Shown here: in pieces, positions 19,201-27,498 of the stretch
Position numbering within the stretch: the first letter of the stretch is position 1
Layout of the letters: each line of letters opens with the position of its first letter
Source: Cenarchaeum sp.
GTDB lineage: Archaea > Thermoproteota > Nitrososphaeria > Nitrososphaerales > Nitrosopumilaceae
Direction: 5' to 3'
NCBI GenBank assembly: GCA_965242695.1
Contig: CBDESU010000001.1
Coordinates: forward strand, 1,344,001 to 1,408,000
DNA: 64,000 nt
Translations under genes and position numbers: made by a program
Notes under the pieces: model-generated
The model's input: only the letters and a program-made list of their open reading frames with translations
Databases searched by the model: none
Told to the model about the DNA's origin: nothing

Positions 19201-21613
19201 CGGCCCGGTAGATCCCCTGGAGCCGGCCGTCCGGGTGGATGCGGATCAGGTGGACGCCGTTGCCGCTAGACAGGGCCACCACAGCGTGCGCCGTGCCGTT
19301 CAGCTCGAACGCGTCGATGCCCCGCGGGCCGTAGAGCTCGCCGAATCCAGGGCCCGCGCCAACCGTGGAGTTTTTCACAAGGGTACCGTTCGGAAGAATG
19401 TTGATCAGGTTCACGTTGTTGAAGGGATGGACGGTCAGGATGCCGAACGTCTTGTTGTCCATCTCGAACGTGTCGGCATCGTACACGCTCCTGGCATCGG
19501 GTCTCGACGTTGACCAGTAGGTCACGCCGCCGCCCGGCGACATGGTACCGGCGCCGCTCCCGTTTATGCGAACCAGCTGGATGCCATAATCATTCCACGA
19601 TGCCGCGAGGGCATGCATGGTGCCGTTCATCTCGAACGCGTGGACGTTTTTGACCGCGTCGAGCAGCGGAATGCCGAACCGCCAGACGTTTTCCATTGAC
19701 CCCGACCTTTCCAGGGTGTTGCCGTCGCGTATGCGGACCAGCTGCAGCCCGTCGCCGTCTTCCTCACCGACTAGTGCAAACGTCTTGTTGCCTGCCTCGA
19801 ATACGTCGACGCCGTACGGGCCAATGAGACCGTAGGCGCCGGCCGGCGCCGGCGCGGCCGGCGAGAGGACGGCCCCCGGGGCGCCGGCAATCGAGATGCT
19901 CCTTGACGCGGACAGTGAGCCCGGGGCGCCTGGCCGCCACAGATCCATGTCCACGGCCGCGCCTCCTTGCACGGCCGAGATCGACCCGCCGTCCGGCACG
20001 ACAAGGGACGCCGTGTCGTTGTAGTCGAGGACGGCCGCCGTGTCGCCCGGCTGCACCGTATACCAGAACTCTAGCGCATCGGTGCCGCTCCCGCCCCTGT
20101 ACAGCGCGTATCGAATCGGATCCGTCCCAAGCTTGAGGCGCGGCTCGCCGGCTACTGCGACGGGATCCGTAAAGTTCAGCGTGACGGCGACGATCTGCCC
20201 CGTGCGGTACGTCTCGTTCGTGTCGGGGGATGCCGCGAACCGCACGAACGGCCCGGCCGTCTTGACCAGGATGTCTGCCGAATGGCCGAGCGAGCCCTCT
20301 TCGCCCGGCTCGGGCAGGACAAGGTCGGCGTCGTTGCCCGCCTCGTCCCTTATCGTCCCGCCGTCAAGGCGTAGCGCCGCCGCGCTTGTATAGTCGAGGT
20401 CGGCGGCCCGGTCGCCCTGCGCCACCGTGTAGTCGAACGCGAGCGTGGTAGTGCCGTTACCAGAGGCGTATGTTATGTTGCGGCTTGCGCCCACGCCGGT
20501 CGCAAGCTCGAGCAGGGGCGTCCCCGTGACTTGGACGACCTCGTTGAATAGGACCGTGACGTTGACGTACGAACCGGCGCCGTGCGTGCCGTTCGCGCTC
20601 GTCGAGGAGACCGACAGGACGGACGGGCCCACGATATCCCCAAGCCGGACGGGCACAGTGCGCCCAATCGATCCGGATGCAGACAGCGTCAGGTTGGCGG
20701 TGTTTCCGGCAAGGTCGGTCAGGCTGCCGGCCGTCGTGAGTGCCATCGTTCCGTCGTAGTCCGCGTCCGCCGAGTCGTCGCCGCTCTGCACTAGGTAGGA
20801 GAACGTGAGCCTGTTCGTATTGTTTCCCGATGCGTAGCCGGCGCTGCGTGTCTCCCCTCCTCCCAGGCTGAGCCGTAGCACCGGCGCGGCGCCCGAGTAG
20901 ACGACCGTCTCGCCAAAGTTAACGTCGAATTCGACGGTCTCGCCGTAGCCGTACCCGTCGGAGGGATCGACGGTGACGTTGGACACGCGCGGCGCGATGC
21001 CGTCAACGCGTATGTCGCTCTGGTTGGACAGCGAGCCGGCCGTCCCGGGGCCGGGGCTCGGAAGGCGGCAGTTTATGTATAGGCTGTCGGGGTTGGTCAA
21101 GCTGTCGTAGGTGAATGGTGCACTGTTTGCTGCAAGATGATCGACAGTCGTGTACCACGCATCCCTCGAATGGTAGTCCAGATCGCCCGACTCGTCGCCG
21201 GCCTGCACGGTGTATTGGTAGTGAATTACACGACGGTTACTCGAGTGGGAAGTGGATTCGGCAAACCGATCCTCTGTCCCGGTCTCGAGCTTGATGCGGG
21301 TGTGCGTCCCTGCGATATGTTTGTTGGTGTCGTCGTTCTCGATGGGCCTGCTGACCGTAATGTCAATGCCTATGGTGTCGTCGATCTTGTACAGGCCGTC
21401 GGGCGAGGTGAACCGGATCGACGCGGTAGTGCCGCCCGAGTGTATGGCGCATTGCCTTACTTCGCCCATCGCGGCAACGGAGTGGGCGTGGGCCGCGGGC
21501 ACCGGCTCGGCGGCCGCTACGGCGAGCGCGGCCGCTGCTACGGCGAGCGCGGCAACGGCGGCCAGGCGCAGGGCACGGCGGCGTCCGGATCGCGCGCTGG
21601 ACGGGACCTTCAC
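13223..21613 (-). CDS. Giant secreted/surface protein (2,796 aa): Ig-like repeats, two beta-propeller repeat blocks, Gly/Asn linker, C-terminal domain with HLTRF
   Basis: Signal peptide (RRRALRLAAVAALAVAAA...AHA); repeated 'Y.SG.GT..L.F.YTVQPGD...LDY' Ig-like units; repeated 'YAVVAA..DDGVQLIRI' blades; TTTATA at ~21723-21729 (minus). Confidence 0.9.
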   Translation of the reverse strand: MKVPSSARSGRRRALRLAAVAALAVAAAALAVAAAEPVPAAHAHSVAAMGEVRQCAIHSGGTTASIRFTSPDGLYKIDDTIGIDITVSRPIENDDTNKHIAGTHTRIKLETGTEDRFAESTSHSSNRRVIHYQYTVQAGDESGDLDYHSRDAWYTTVDHLAANSAPFTYDSLTNPDSLYINCRLPSPGPGTAGSLSNQSDIRVDGIAPRVSNVTVDPSDGYGYGETVEFDVNFGETVVYSGAAPVLRLSLGGGETRSAGYASGNNTNRLTFSYLVQSGDDSADADYDGTMALTTAGSLTDLAGNTANLTLSASGSIGRTVPVRLGDIVGPSVLSVSSTSANGTHGAGSYVNVTVLFNEVVQVTGTPLLELATGVGASRNITYASGNGTTTLAFDYTVAQGDRAADLDYTSAAALRLDGGTIRDEAGNDADLVLPEPGEEGSLGHSADILVKTAGPFVRFAASPDTNETYRTGQIVAVTLNFTDPVAVAGEPRLKLGTDPIRYALYRGGSGTDALEFWYTVQPGDTAAVLDYNDTASLVVPDGGSISAVQGGAAVDMDLWRPGAPGSLSASRSISIAGAPGAVLSPAAPAPAGAYGLIGPYGVDVFEAGNKTFALVGEEDGDGLQLVRIRDGNTLERSGSMENVWRFGIPLLDAVKNVHAFEMNGTMHALAASWNDYGIQLVRINGSGAGTMSPGGGVTYWSTSRPDARSVYDADTFEMDNKTFGILTVHPFNNVNLINILPNGTLVKNSTVGAGPGFGELYGPRGIDAFELNGTAHAVVALSSGNGVHLIRIHPDGRLQGIYRAGDGAAFPELNGARGIDVFEMDNKTYAIVAASGDDGVQLIRIHTNGTLEGVSWATDGAAFPELGGASHVDTFKLGGAAYAVVTAYDDDGVQLIRIHPDGTLEGIGSATDGPRFPELNGARGIAAFELGGVAYAAAVAYSDGLQMIRLSPTLATNVSASSADDTCGVGCHVNVTVEFDGTVRVLGSAPSLSLLLDGRAVSAPYLVGNNTDALVFNYTVRPGDLAVGGIGYAGATPLTTRGSITGIEGADAYLALPAHGKPGSLAAKDPLVVDTRPAEALSVSSPLQNGTYPAYYRIPITVAFDKPVDVLGPPPSLLLAFDGGNRTADYVSGNGTRLLEFAYTVQPGDSAAALEYARTTALAAGSPGGRIVDAAWAPGADAGLSLPEPGEVGSLGHMRGIGIDASTAAYPRNVTSPNADGAYGPGRHVDIDVRFTVPVDVAGVPRLALATDPPQDATYLEGTGTNVLTFRYTVQPGDGASDLDYAGTRLSLGGGASVRDQSDGTDAIVVLPVPGAEGSLGHSKNITIDTRAPSVEGIASPSADGAYATGRIVDIAVSFDETVYAEGAPALRLATDPPRNATYASGSGTTELTFAYAVQPGDRAADLDYAGRNALSLGAAGGAAIRDAAGNAANRTLPAPGPDGPLAGRSDIAVIGAALPVIAAAAPAAADTLLDFAGARHSAVVEAEGRTYAVATSYSPSAALLVRVHENGTLEAAHKIEDTNAATHRLAGAVGVDAFGIGNRTFAVVAALNDNGVQLLEVHPGNESLTLVDNVAGDGSNSNTLELFGALGVDAFGIGNRTFVIAAALWDSGVQLLEVHPGNDTLRPADQITDGSGLRLTGASDVAAFEIGNRTYAAVAARDGNGVQVVRIHGNGTLEASPDHQIADTGSLALAAPLAIEAVEIGGSPYAIVAARGGDNGVQAVRIRDDGTPEASPDHRLVDTGGLRLANPQGIAAFEMGGQTFAAVAATDDDGVQLVRFRDDGAPLPAGSAAAADFPAFGDAYGTAVFAMANRTYAMVTSSDGTSGDDIQLIRLSPASVENASASLRDGEYGAGQSINITVGFDAPVSVADPPPSLLLDLGGREGAAGYLDGSGTSRLVFNYTVRPGDNAGGGLEYAGAGALVTRGLVEDAGARGSGGSVSADLELPAPGEGGSLGHGRGITIDTPPAVESVFSPDEGGAYAAGSKINVTVAFTEAVDVTGTPLLWLSTDPPRSAAYVEDSDGDAEIEFRYTVGDGDAADRLGHANSSALVLNGGDIRDSDGTAGRADLGLPRPDGQGLLGATAGIRIDTAAPRVASVTDADPREAPYREGDTIRIAVAFDERVVLSSGADLSLRLALGGGEDATARYERQSDRGRTLVFSHAVDAGDSADPLAYGQGEDALSLVAGTAQDAAGNNAELGLPPADSPYALRASGITIDATGNGGNGGGETPGGNGGNGGGETPGGNGGNGGGETPGGNGGNGGGETPGGNGGNGGGETPGGNGGNGGGETPGGNGGNGGGETPGGNGGNGGGETPGGNGGNGGGETPGGNGGNGGGETPGGNGGGETPGGNGGGETPGGNGGNGGGETPGGNGGNGGGETPGGNGGNGGGETPGGNGGGETPGGNGGNGGGETPGGNGGNGGNGGGETPGGNATDPGANGNATDPGANGNATSPVFVVGSDRVDGQGNFTGRGDEARITIDVSGLPGAGTAGGAVRFPSGSATVVTTSFASVSFPPGVEATSVPADRRLVLHVVNASVDTDLPSNSSIRDALAYGGSGAVVLQRVVEIGDEDARISFDMPIRISLEGQAAGRAFYIDGGANGTIEPIDMACAADDTGRVHLQLGGMGECRIDSEGGDLVVYTYHLTRFGTVASERGTPPPVYHTCSLRLGAGTLAVDAMPGAHSKAARQDVANSGSQPFARVALDATPWYIDPSSPRPGPSAPSLPASLTVASEAGEDGAYSQLPAAVAQGLGGGLGEPLWLRINLTGHDQVNATRLVQHVEYTAECAGAPAPR
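14313..14948. repeat. 36-bp (and 27-bp variant) coding tandem repeat, ~18 copies, GGNGGNGGGETP
   Basis: Near-perfect ccgccgttgccgccgttgccgcccggcgtctcgcct array. Confidence 0.95.
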
Positions 21614-21838
21614 ACCCCCCCCCCCCTAAGGCCCCGCCGCGGCCGGCGCCCCCTCGGCGCCGCCCCGTGTCGTACGTTTTGCATTTGTCTCCGCTCGCTC
21701 GCCCCCCCCCCCCCTACGTGCCTATAAAAGAATGGCGGGCGCGGCAACTTCGCCGCGGGATCCCACCAAGAGGCCCGCGCCCGGCTAGGGCCGGCCGGCG
21801 CGCAGGGTATTTAGCGGGGCCATAGGCGCCGCGCGCGC

Positions 21839-23197
21839 ATGGACTGGGGCCTCAAGAGGCGCATGGCAGACATCGTCCGGCCGCCCGGCGGGCGGGCCGT
21901 CATGCTAGCCGTCGACCACGGCTACTTTCTGGGCCCCACCGAGCGGCTAGAGAACCCGGCCAGGGCCGTCCGGCCGCTCGTGCAGCACTGCGACTCGCTC
22001 ATGCTCACGCGCGGCGTGCTGCGGGCGTGCGTCAACCCCAACTCGCGCGTGCCCGTCGTGCTGCGCGTGTCCGGCGGGCCGTCGATCATCGGCGAGGACC
22101 TGTCCGACGAGCAGATCACGGTCGGCATACGCGACGCGCTCAGGCTCGGGGCGAGCGCCCTTGCAATGTCCGTGTTCGTCGGGGCAAGGCACGAGCGGCA
22201 GACGGTAGTAAACCTCGGCAGGCTCGTCGACGAGGCAGAAGAGTACGGCGTCCCCGTCCTGGCCGTCACGGCGGTCGGCAAGGACATGGCCCGCGACGCG
22301 AGGTACCTCTCGCTCGCATGCAGGATGGCAGCCGAGCAGGGCGCCCGGATAGTAAAGACCTACTACTGCGAGGGGTTCGAGAAGGTCGTAGAGTCGTGCC
22401 CCGTCCCCGTCATCATTGCCGGCGGGAAGAAGATCGGCGAGCGCGGCGCGCTCGAGCTTACGGCGAACGCCGTGGCGGCGGGGGCCGTCGGCGTCGACAT
22501 GGGCCGCAACATTTGGCAGTCGGACCATCCGGTGGCCATGATAAGGGCCGTAAGGTCGATCGTCCACGAAAAGCGCACGGCAGCCGAGGCGCACTCGCTG
22601 TACGGGCAGCTTGCAAGGCAGGAGGGGGGCCGCGGCGGAGGCGGCGCAGGGGCGCAGGCTGGGCGCCCGCAAAAGGGCGGAACAGGAAGCCGCCCACAGG
22701 GGCAGCGGCAGGGCAGGCCGCAGCAGAGGGGCGGAAGCCAGGCGCAGGGCAGGCCGCAGGGCCAGGGCCAGCAGCAGGGCAGGCCGCAGGGCCAGGGCCA
22801 GCAGCAGGGCAGGCCGCAGGGCCAGGGCCAGCAGCAGGGCAGGCCGCAGGGCCAGGGCCAGCAGTCCGGCGCCCAGAAGGATCGTATGCAGAGCAGCCAG
22901 GGCGGCGGGCAAAAGGATCAGGCCAGTGAAAATGGGCAAAAGGATCAGCCGGGCCAGGGCGGCGGGCAAAAGGATCAGGCCAGTGAAAATGGGCAAAAGG
23001 ATCAGCCGGGCCAGGGCGGCGGGCAAAAGGATCAGGCCAGTGAAAATGGGCAAAAGGGCGGCAGCGAGGCGGCGCCGGCGGATGCTGGCAGGGCCGCAGG
23101 GCAGGAGCAGGGCGCCGGTGAGAGTCAGGGCAGGAACGACGGCGCAGGCGGCGCAGGCAACGCCGGCGGCAATGGCGAAGGCAGCCCGCAGCCCTAG
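21839..23197 (+). CDS. lsrF: 3-hydroxy-5-phosphonooxypentane-2,4-dione thiolase / class I aldolase (LsrF-like) with a long Q/G-rich tail
   Basis: MDWGLKRRM, VMLAVDHGYFLGPT, VKTYYC, IAGGKK, GVDMGRNIWQS; TATTTA ~25 nt upstream. Confidence 0.9.
   Translation: MDWGLKRRMADIVRPPGGRAVMLAVDHGYFLGPTERLENPARAVRPLVQHCDSLMLTRGVLRACVNPNSRVPVVLRVSGGPSIIGEDLSDEQITVGIRDALRLGASALAMSVFVGARHERQTVVNLGRLVDEAEEYGVPVLAVTAVGKDMARDARYLSLACRMAAEQGARIVKTYYCEGFEKVVESCPVPVIIAGGKKIGERGALELTANAVAAGAVGVDMGRNIWQSDHPVAMIRAVRSIVHEKRTAAEAHSLYGQLARQEGGRGGGGAGAQAGRPQKGGTGSRPQGQRQGRPQQRGGSQAQGRPQGQGQQQGRPQGQGQQQGRPQGQGQQQGRPQGQGQQSGAQKDRMQSSQGGGQKDQASENGQKDQPGQGGGQKDQASENGQKDQPGQGGGQKDQASENGQKGGSEAAPADAGRAAGQEQGAGESQGRNDGAGGAGNAGGNGEGSPQP
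22741..23056. repeat. Coding tandem repeats in the LsrF tail: 30-bp x4 (GRPQGQGQQQ) and 60-bp x~3 (GGGQKDQASENGQKDQPGQG)
   Basis: Visible directly in the DNA and the translation. Confidence 0.9.
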
Positions 23198-23607
23198 TCG
23201 GACGGAACCTGCGACATGTGCATGTGCAGTATGCGCCACCGCCCGCCGCCCCTGACAAGGACGAACGTGGCCCTGCCCGTAAACGTGACGTGCTTTCCGG
23301 TGAACGCCTTGTTGTCGACGAGCATGCCCGTCTGGACGAGCCCGAACGCGGCCACGGCGGCGTCCCCGACCACGCTCACCTTTGGCGCCTCGATGCGGTA
23401 GTCGTAGTCGGATATGCTCACGAACCGCAGCTCCTCTAGGGCCACCGTGGTCGCATAGTCCTTTAGGTCGTACGGCGGCACGTCGCCAAAGCTGGAAAAC
23501 TCGGGGCCCTCGACCTGGAGGCCGCGCAGCGCGGCAAGGTCCTTTGTCCTGCCCACCTCGAAGAACCTGCGCACCGTGCCGAGCACGGCATCCTCGTCGG
23601 CGCCCAT
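23194..23607 (-). CDS. SnoaL/NTF2-like domain protein
   Basis: YDYRIEAPKVSVVGDAAVAAF...GRATFVLVRGGGRWRILHMHMS; TTTTTAA box upstream. Confidence 0.85.
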   Translation of the reverse strand: MGADEDAVLGTVRRFFEVGRTKDLAALRGLQVEGPEFSSFGDVPPYDLKDYATTVALEELRFVSISDYDYRIEAPKVSVVGDAAVAAFGLVQTGMLVDNKAFTGKHVTFTGRATFVLVRGGGRWRILHMHMSQVPSD

Positions 23608-23677
23608 GGCGATCGCCCCGCGCGGCGCGTTAAAAACGTGCGGCGGTTCGCGCCGGCGGCCGGGCGCGGCCCGTCGC

Positions 23678-24142
23678 CTACCCCCTGTACCGGCGCATCG
23701 TGAACGGCAGCATGCCGAGCCACGGCATCTCCTCGAAGAAGAGCCGGAGCATGTTGGAGACCGACCTTGTGTCGGCCCTGGCGCCCCAGTAGTAGCCGTC
23801 CCATTCCGTCCCGGCGTTTATCGGCACGTCGGCGTACCACAGGTCGTCCCCGAGCCGTATGAACTGGACGTTGTCGCCGTTGGCCCCGTTCTCAAAGCCG
23901 ATGAACCTGTACCATCCCGTGGCGACCGGGAGGCCCTCCATCTCGCGCATTGCGCCGAGATAGTCTATCGGCACGCCGCGCACGTGCCTGTCGTCGACGC
24001 ACTTGTAGTACGTGATGGACTGGTGCCTTTCCCCCTGTTCCGCCGCGGCGTCGCCGGCGCGGGCATCCTCCCGGTCCAGCGCCAGGGCGGCCCGCTGGCG
24101 CGGCGCGGGCGGCGGGGCAGGTCTGGGGTGATAAGGCATCAT
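23678..24142 (-). CDS. Hypothetical protein
   Basis: TTTTAT box ~25 nt above ATG 24142; aromatic-rich globular C-terminal half (FIGFENGANGDNVQFIRLGDDLWYADVP). Confidence 0.7.
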   Translation of the reverse strand: MMPYHPRPAPPPAPRQRAALALDREDARAGDAAAEQGERHQSITYYKCVDDRHVRGVPIDYLGAMREMEGLPVATGWYRFIGFENGANGDNVQFIRLGDDLWYADVPINAGTEWDGYYWGARADTRSVSNMLRLFFEEMPWLGMLPFTMRRYRG

Positions 24143-24274
24143 GGCGGGCGGCCCATGCGCCTGCATAAAAGGCGTTCGGTCGGGCCGCGGTCGAGATGTG
24201 TGCGGGCACAGGGCGGTGCGGGCCGGATCGGCGCGCAGGATGCACAGCCGCGACCGAGCCGGCCTCGGGCCAAG

Positions 24275-24709
24275 CTATGAGAGTGTCGGTGCGCAGGGCG
24301 CAGGCGTGCTTTCCCTCGCCTCGATCTCGGCGCGCGCCACGCCCACTATTCGCTCGGCCCACCCTAGCGCCTGGGCGGCCTGGCGGGCCGTCATCATTGT
24401 GATCTCGTACTCGGCGGGGACCTTCATGGCCAGGAGCGAGCGGTACTGCCTCTCCAGGCCCGCGCGATCCCGGCCGGCAAGGACGGATCGGGCCAGCTCG
24501 GGGTCGTCGATGGGATGCCTAGCAGACCGCTTGCCGGCGCGCAGGACGGTCATTGCGTCAACGGCGCGGATTGCGCTGTCCGTGCAGTTGGACACGGCGA
24601 TGCTGTAGGCCTTCCTGCCGGCGGCGATCCTGGCCATGTCCAGGTATTCCCGGGCCAGCCTGAAAAAGCCGCCGTGCTCGTGGCTCGGGACGTCCCAGAT
24701 CTTCGTCAT
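24275..24709 (-). CDS. HEPN-domain protein
   Basis: AREYLDMA...AIRAVDAM...LLAMKVPAEY, a HEPN helical pattern; translationally coupled to the MNT gene. Confidence 0.75.
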   Translation of the reverse strand: MTKIWDVPSHEHGGFFRLAREYLDMARIAAGRKAYSIAVSNCTDSAIRAVDAMTVLRAGKRSARHPIDDPELARSVLAGRDRAGLERQYRSLLAMKVPAEYEITMMTARQAAQALGWAERIVGVARAEIEARESTPAPCAPTLS

Positions 24710-25311
24710 AGGCTCCTCAAGTCCTTTCCATAGACCATGACGTATCGCTCCAGCACGGATGCCAAAAAATACTCGTCTTTTTGCTCTGCAAACTGCTCGG
24801 TGGTGTAGACCATCGGCTCGAGAGAAAGATTGAAGATGCTGTAAATGTCACGGGCCGGCCGCATTGTAGCCTCAATCGCATCCTCGTATTTGTCCGACAC
24901 CACGAGCAGGCCGACGTCGCTGCGGTCGTGGTCCTCGCCCCGCACGGTGCTGCCGAACACGGCGGCCGACGTGATCGAGCGCGGGTTCCTGGCAAGATCC
25001 CGCCTGAGGACGCCGAGCATCGCGTCGTACGCCGACTCCTCGGCCCTGATGGCGGGGGCGAGCACCCTCTTGAGGGCATAGCTCTTCATGTTGGGCCGGA
25101 CCATGTGGGAGCGTCCGTCGTACGCGACGGTGACGATCCCGCGGTCCTCCAGGCGGTGCACGGCGCGGGCCGTCGTGGCCACCGCCCTTCCAGAAATCTT
25201 GGCAAGTCCTCTCACTGTGTGCCCCGCGTACGGGTTCCTGACGAGATGCCTGACGAGATCCGTCGATGCGCCGTCGGCAAGCAGCTCGCCCAGGTAGCCG
25301 TGCAGCCTCAC
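24706..25311 (-). CDS. wHTH + minimal nucleotidyltransferase (MNT) protein
   Basis: N-terminal HTH (TVRGLAKISGRAVATTARAVHRLEDRGIV); VFGSTVRGEDHDRSDVGLLVV. Confidence 0.85.
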   Translation of the reverse strand: MRLHGYLGELLADGASTDLVRHLVRNPYAGHTVRGLAKISGRAVATTARAVHRLEDRGIVTVAYDGRSHMVRPNMKSYALKRVLAPAIRAEESAYDAMLGVLRRDLARNPRSITSAAVFGSTVRGEDHDRSDVGLLVVSDKYEDAIEATMRPARDIYSIFNLSLEPMVYTTEQFAEQKDEYFLASVLERYVMVYGKDLRSL

Positions 25312-25335
25312 GGCGCGTCCCGCTGTTGAGACATG

Positions 25336-26433
25336 TTAAGTCTTCCCTGTCCCGGTCGGCCGCCGGACGGCGCCTTGGCAGGTCCCGCGCGGCGGCGCCG
25401 GCAGCCCGTTCCGCCGCATCAGGCCGCCTTGTCGCAGGATGCGCGCCCCGCAGGCCCCGCTTGCCGCCTCCCGCGCGCGGCGCGCCGCCGGACGCCGCCG
25501 CCGCGCCGCTCCCCCTCGCCGCTCCGCGCCGAATCCGCCGGCCTCCAAGAAGCCGAGCATGCGCCTCACGGACAGGACGTCGTCGCGGTTGCACTCTGGG
25601 ACGGACGGATCGATCGGGGTCCCGTCGGCGACGTGCCTCTCGAACGCGAGCGCCGCGTCCAGCCCGTCCATGCCCGAGTGTGCAAACCCGTACCCGAGGA
25701 CGGACCCGAGCGTCCTGAGCGCGTACGTCGGGCAGGGCACGTCAAGGGCCCGCCGGACAAGCGAGCATGCGTCGATGTGCCGCATCGATGCGAACGCGCC
25801 CTGGCCGATGCCGTGCCGGTCGAACGCCGCCCCCGTCACCCTCCTGTCAAAGCCCGTGCCCGAGTAGCCGACGAGCGCCGAGCACCCGCCCGACTTGATC
25901 GAGTCGAGGCATTCCGCAAACTCGGAGAGCAAGAGCCGCTCGCCGCGCTCGCCGCGGCGGCGGGCCGCCGACCACCCGGCGCCCCGGTCCCCGGCATCCG
26001 CCATGAACTGCTCGATGCCGCCGCGGCGCAGCACGCCGATCATCCAGGCCGTCCGGGACATCGTGTCCGTCTCGATGTCGAATACGGCCATCTCCTCGTC
26101 CGGCGGCAGGATCGTGCGGGACCGCCGTATGACGCGGTTCTCGACGGGCGAGCGAGCCTTTGTCCTGCTGCGCTCGATGAACGGCACGGGCAGCCCCGAC
26201 AGGGAGGCTGCGGCCCGCACGTCGGGCACGCGGGCCATGTCGTCGACCGTGCGGATGTCGGCCCTGTGCAGGCCGTACTCGCGCGAATAGCCGACCCCGT
26301 GCAGCCGCGCGACGGGCCACGAGCCGGGCGATTCGCAGGTCCCGAGCGGCCGCGCCGGGAACGGGCGGCTGCCGTCCGGCGGCGCCCTTGCCGTAAGCCG
26401 GACGATGCGCGCAGGGGGGCCGTCGTCCTCACT
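25336..26433 (-). pseudogene. HhH + DEDD/RNase H-like (YprB/TM0106 C-terminal-like) exonuclease, 5'-truncated
   Basis: VFDIETD, YSGTGFD, HIDAC...YALRTLGSVLGY, CNRDDV. The same frame upstream of ATG 26238 encodes an HhH (WPVARLHGVGYSREYGLHRADIRTVDDM) up to a stop lying in an IS-end remnant. Confidence 0.65.
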
Positions 26434-26450
26434 CTACGGGGCCCTCGCCA
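26421..26450 (-). mobile_element. Solo remnant of the IS3 left inverted repeat
   Basis: TGGCGAGGGCCCCGTAGAGTGAGGACGACG versus TGGCGAGGGCCCCCGTAGAGTGAGAACGAT at 4495. Confidence 0.65.
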
Positions 26451-26833
26451 CATGCGCCTTGCGCCCCGCTCGGCCCCGACGCCCGGGCTGGGCGCGCATC
26501 GGCGGGCCCGCCTCTGCCCCCATGGGCGGCGACCAGTCCCTGCGCGCCCCGCCCTTGTCATGCGCGGCGTCTGCCCGTACTGCCGCCGGCCGCGGGACGC
26601 CCTTGTGTTGGGACTGCCTGCGGGTCGCCGACCGGACCGGGCGCCTTCGTGCTGCGCCGCGGCGCCCCGGGCGGGCCCCGCTCGGGCTGGCTCCCCCGCC
26701 GCGGCGACGCGGCGGCTGGCATTTGCAGCACGGCATCCGCCACAAAGGAGGCCCCTTCGCCCGGCCCCGCATGCGTGCCGGATGCTGCATTGGGACTCCC
26801 CGTCGTGCGCGCCTTGACGGCATCGGCGAATGC

Positions 26834-27055
26834 CTATGTACGGGACGCAGGCCCGAGCGCCTCGATCGCCGCCCCGGACTCGTCGTACCCCTTTTCCGTA
26901 AAGAGGCCGTACCCGCACATGCCGCAGACAATGCCGTCAAATGCTCCCAGCCTGCGGCCCTTGTAGTGGAACGGCAGCAGGCCCGGCTCGAGGGGGCGCC
27001 TGCAGTCCGGGCAGCCGAGCTTTCCCGACTCCATCTCTATTGGAACCTTGTCCAC
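26834..27055 (-). CDS. YgiT/MqsA-type Zn-finger protein (short copy, 73 aa)
   Basis: CPDC...FDGIVCGMCG; GTG start with TTATA ~25 nt upstream; paralog at 35293-35685. Confidence 0.75.
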   Translation of the reverse strand: MDKVPIEMESGKLGCPDCRRPLEPGLLPFHYKGRRLGAFDGIVCGMCGYGLFTEKGYDESGAAIEALGPASRT

Positions 27056-27498
27056 GGGCGGGGATCCACTCCGCACAGTATAACGCTTTCCTCCAGCCAT
27101 CCAGCCGGCGGGGCGCAGCGGCCCCGCGCACTGCGCGGGCGGCCGCGCGCCGGGCCGCCCCGCGGGCCTAGCCGGCAATGGCTGGGGCGCCGCGCAACTG
27201 CCGCCGCCGCTGCCGGCATCCAAGAGCGTCAAGCAGGCGCCTCGGCCATCCACGGTGCGGCTCGACGGCGGCAGTGCCGGGCGCACCGCCGGCGGCGCAT
27301 GCGCTTGCCGACATGTCGGCGCTCGCGCCAGGCAGCACGCGGATTTCGCCGGTGTCGCTGCCATGGGCAGCCAGGGTTGCGCAGCGGCCGGTTTTGACAG
27401 CGTCAAGTCCGGCGCCGGTGCGGCCGCGCCGGGATCGGGCAGGCCGCATGCGCCGGCCGGCGGCGCGCTCATATGCCCGCCCATGGACCCGCGCCCCG

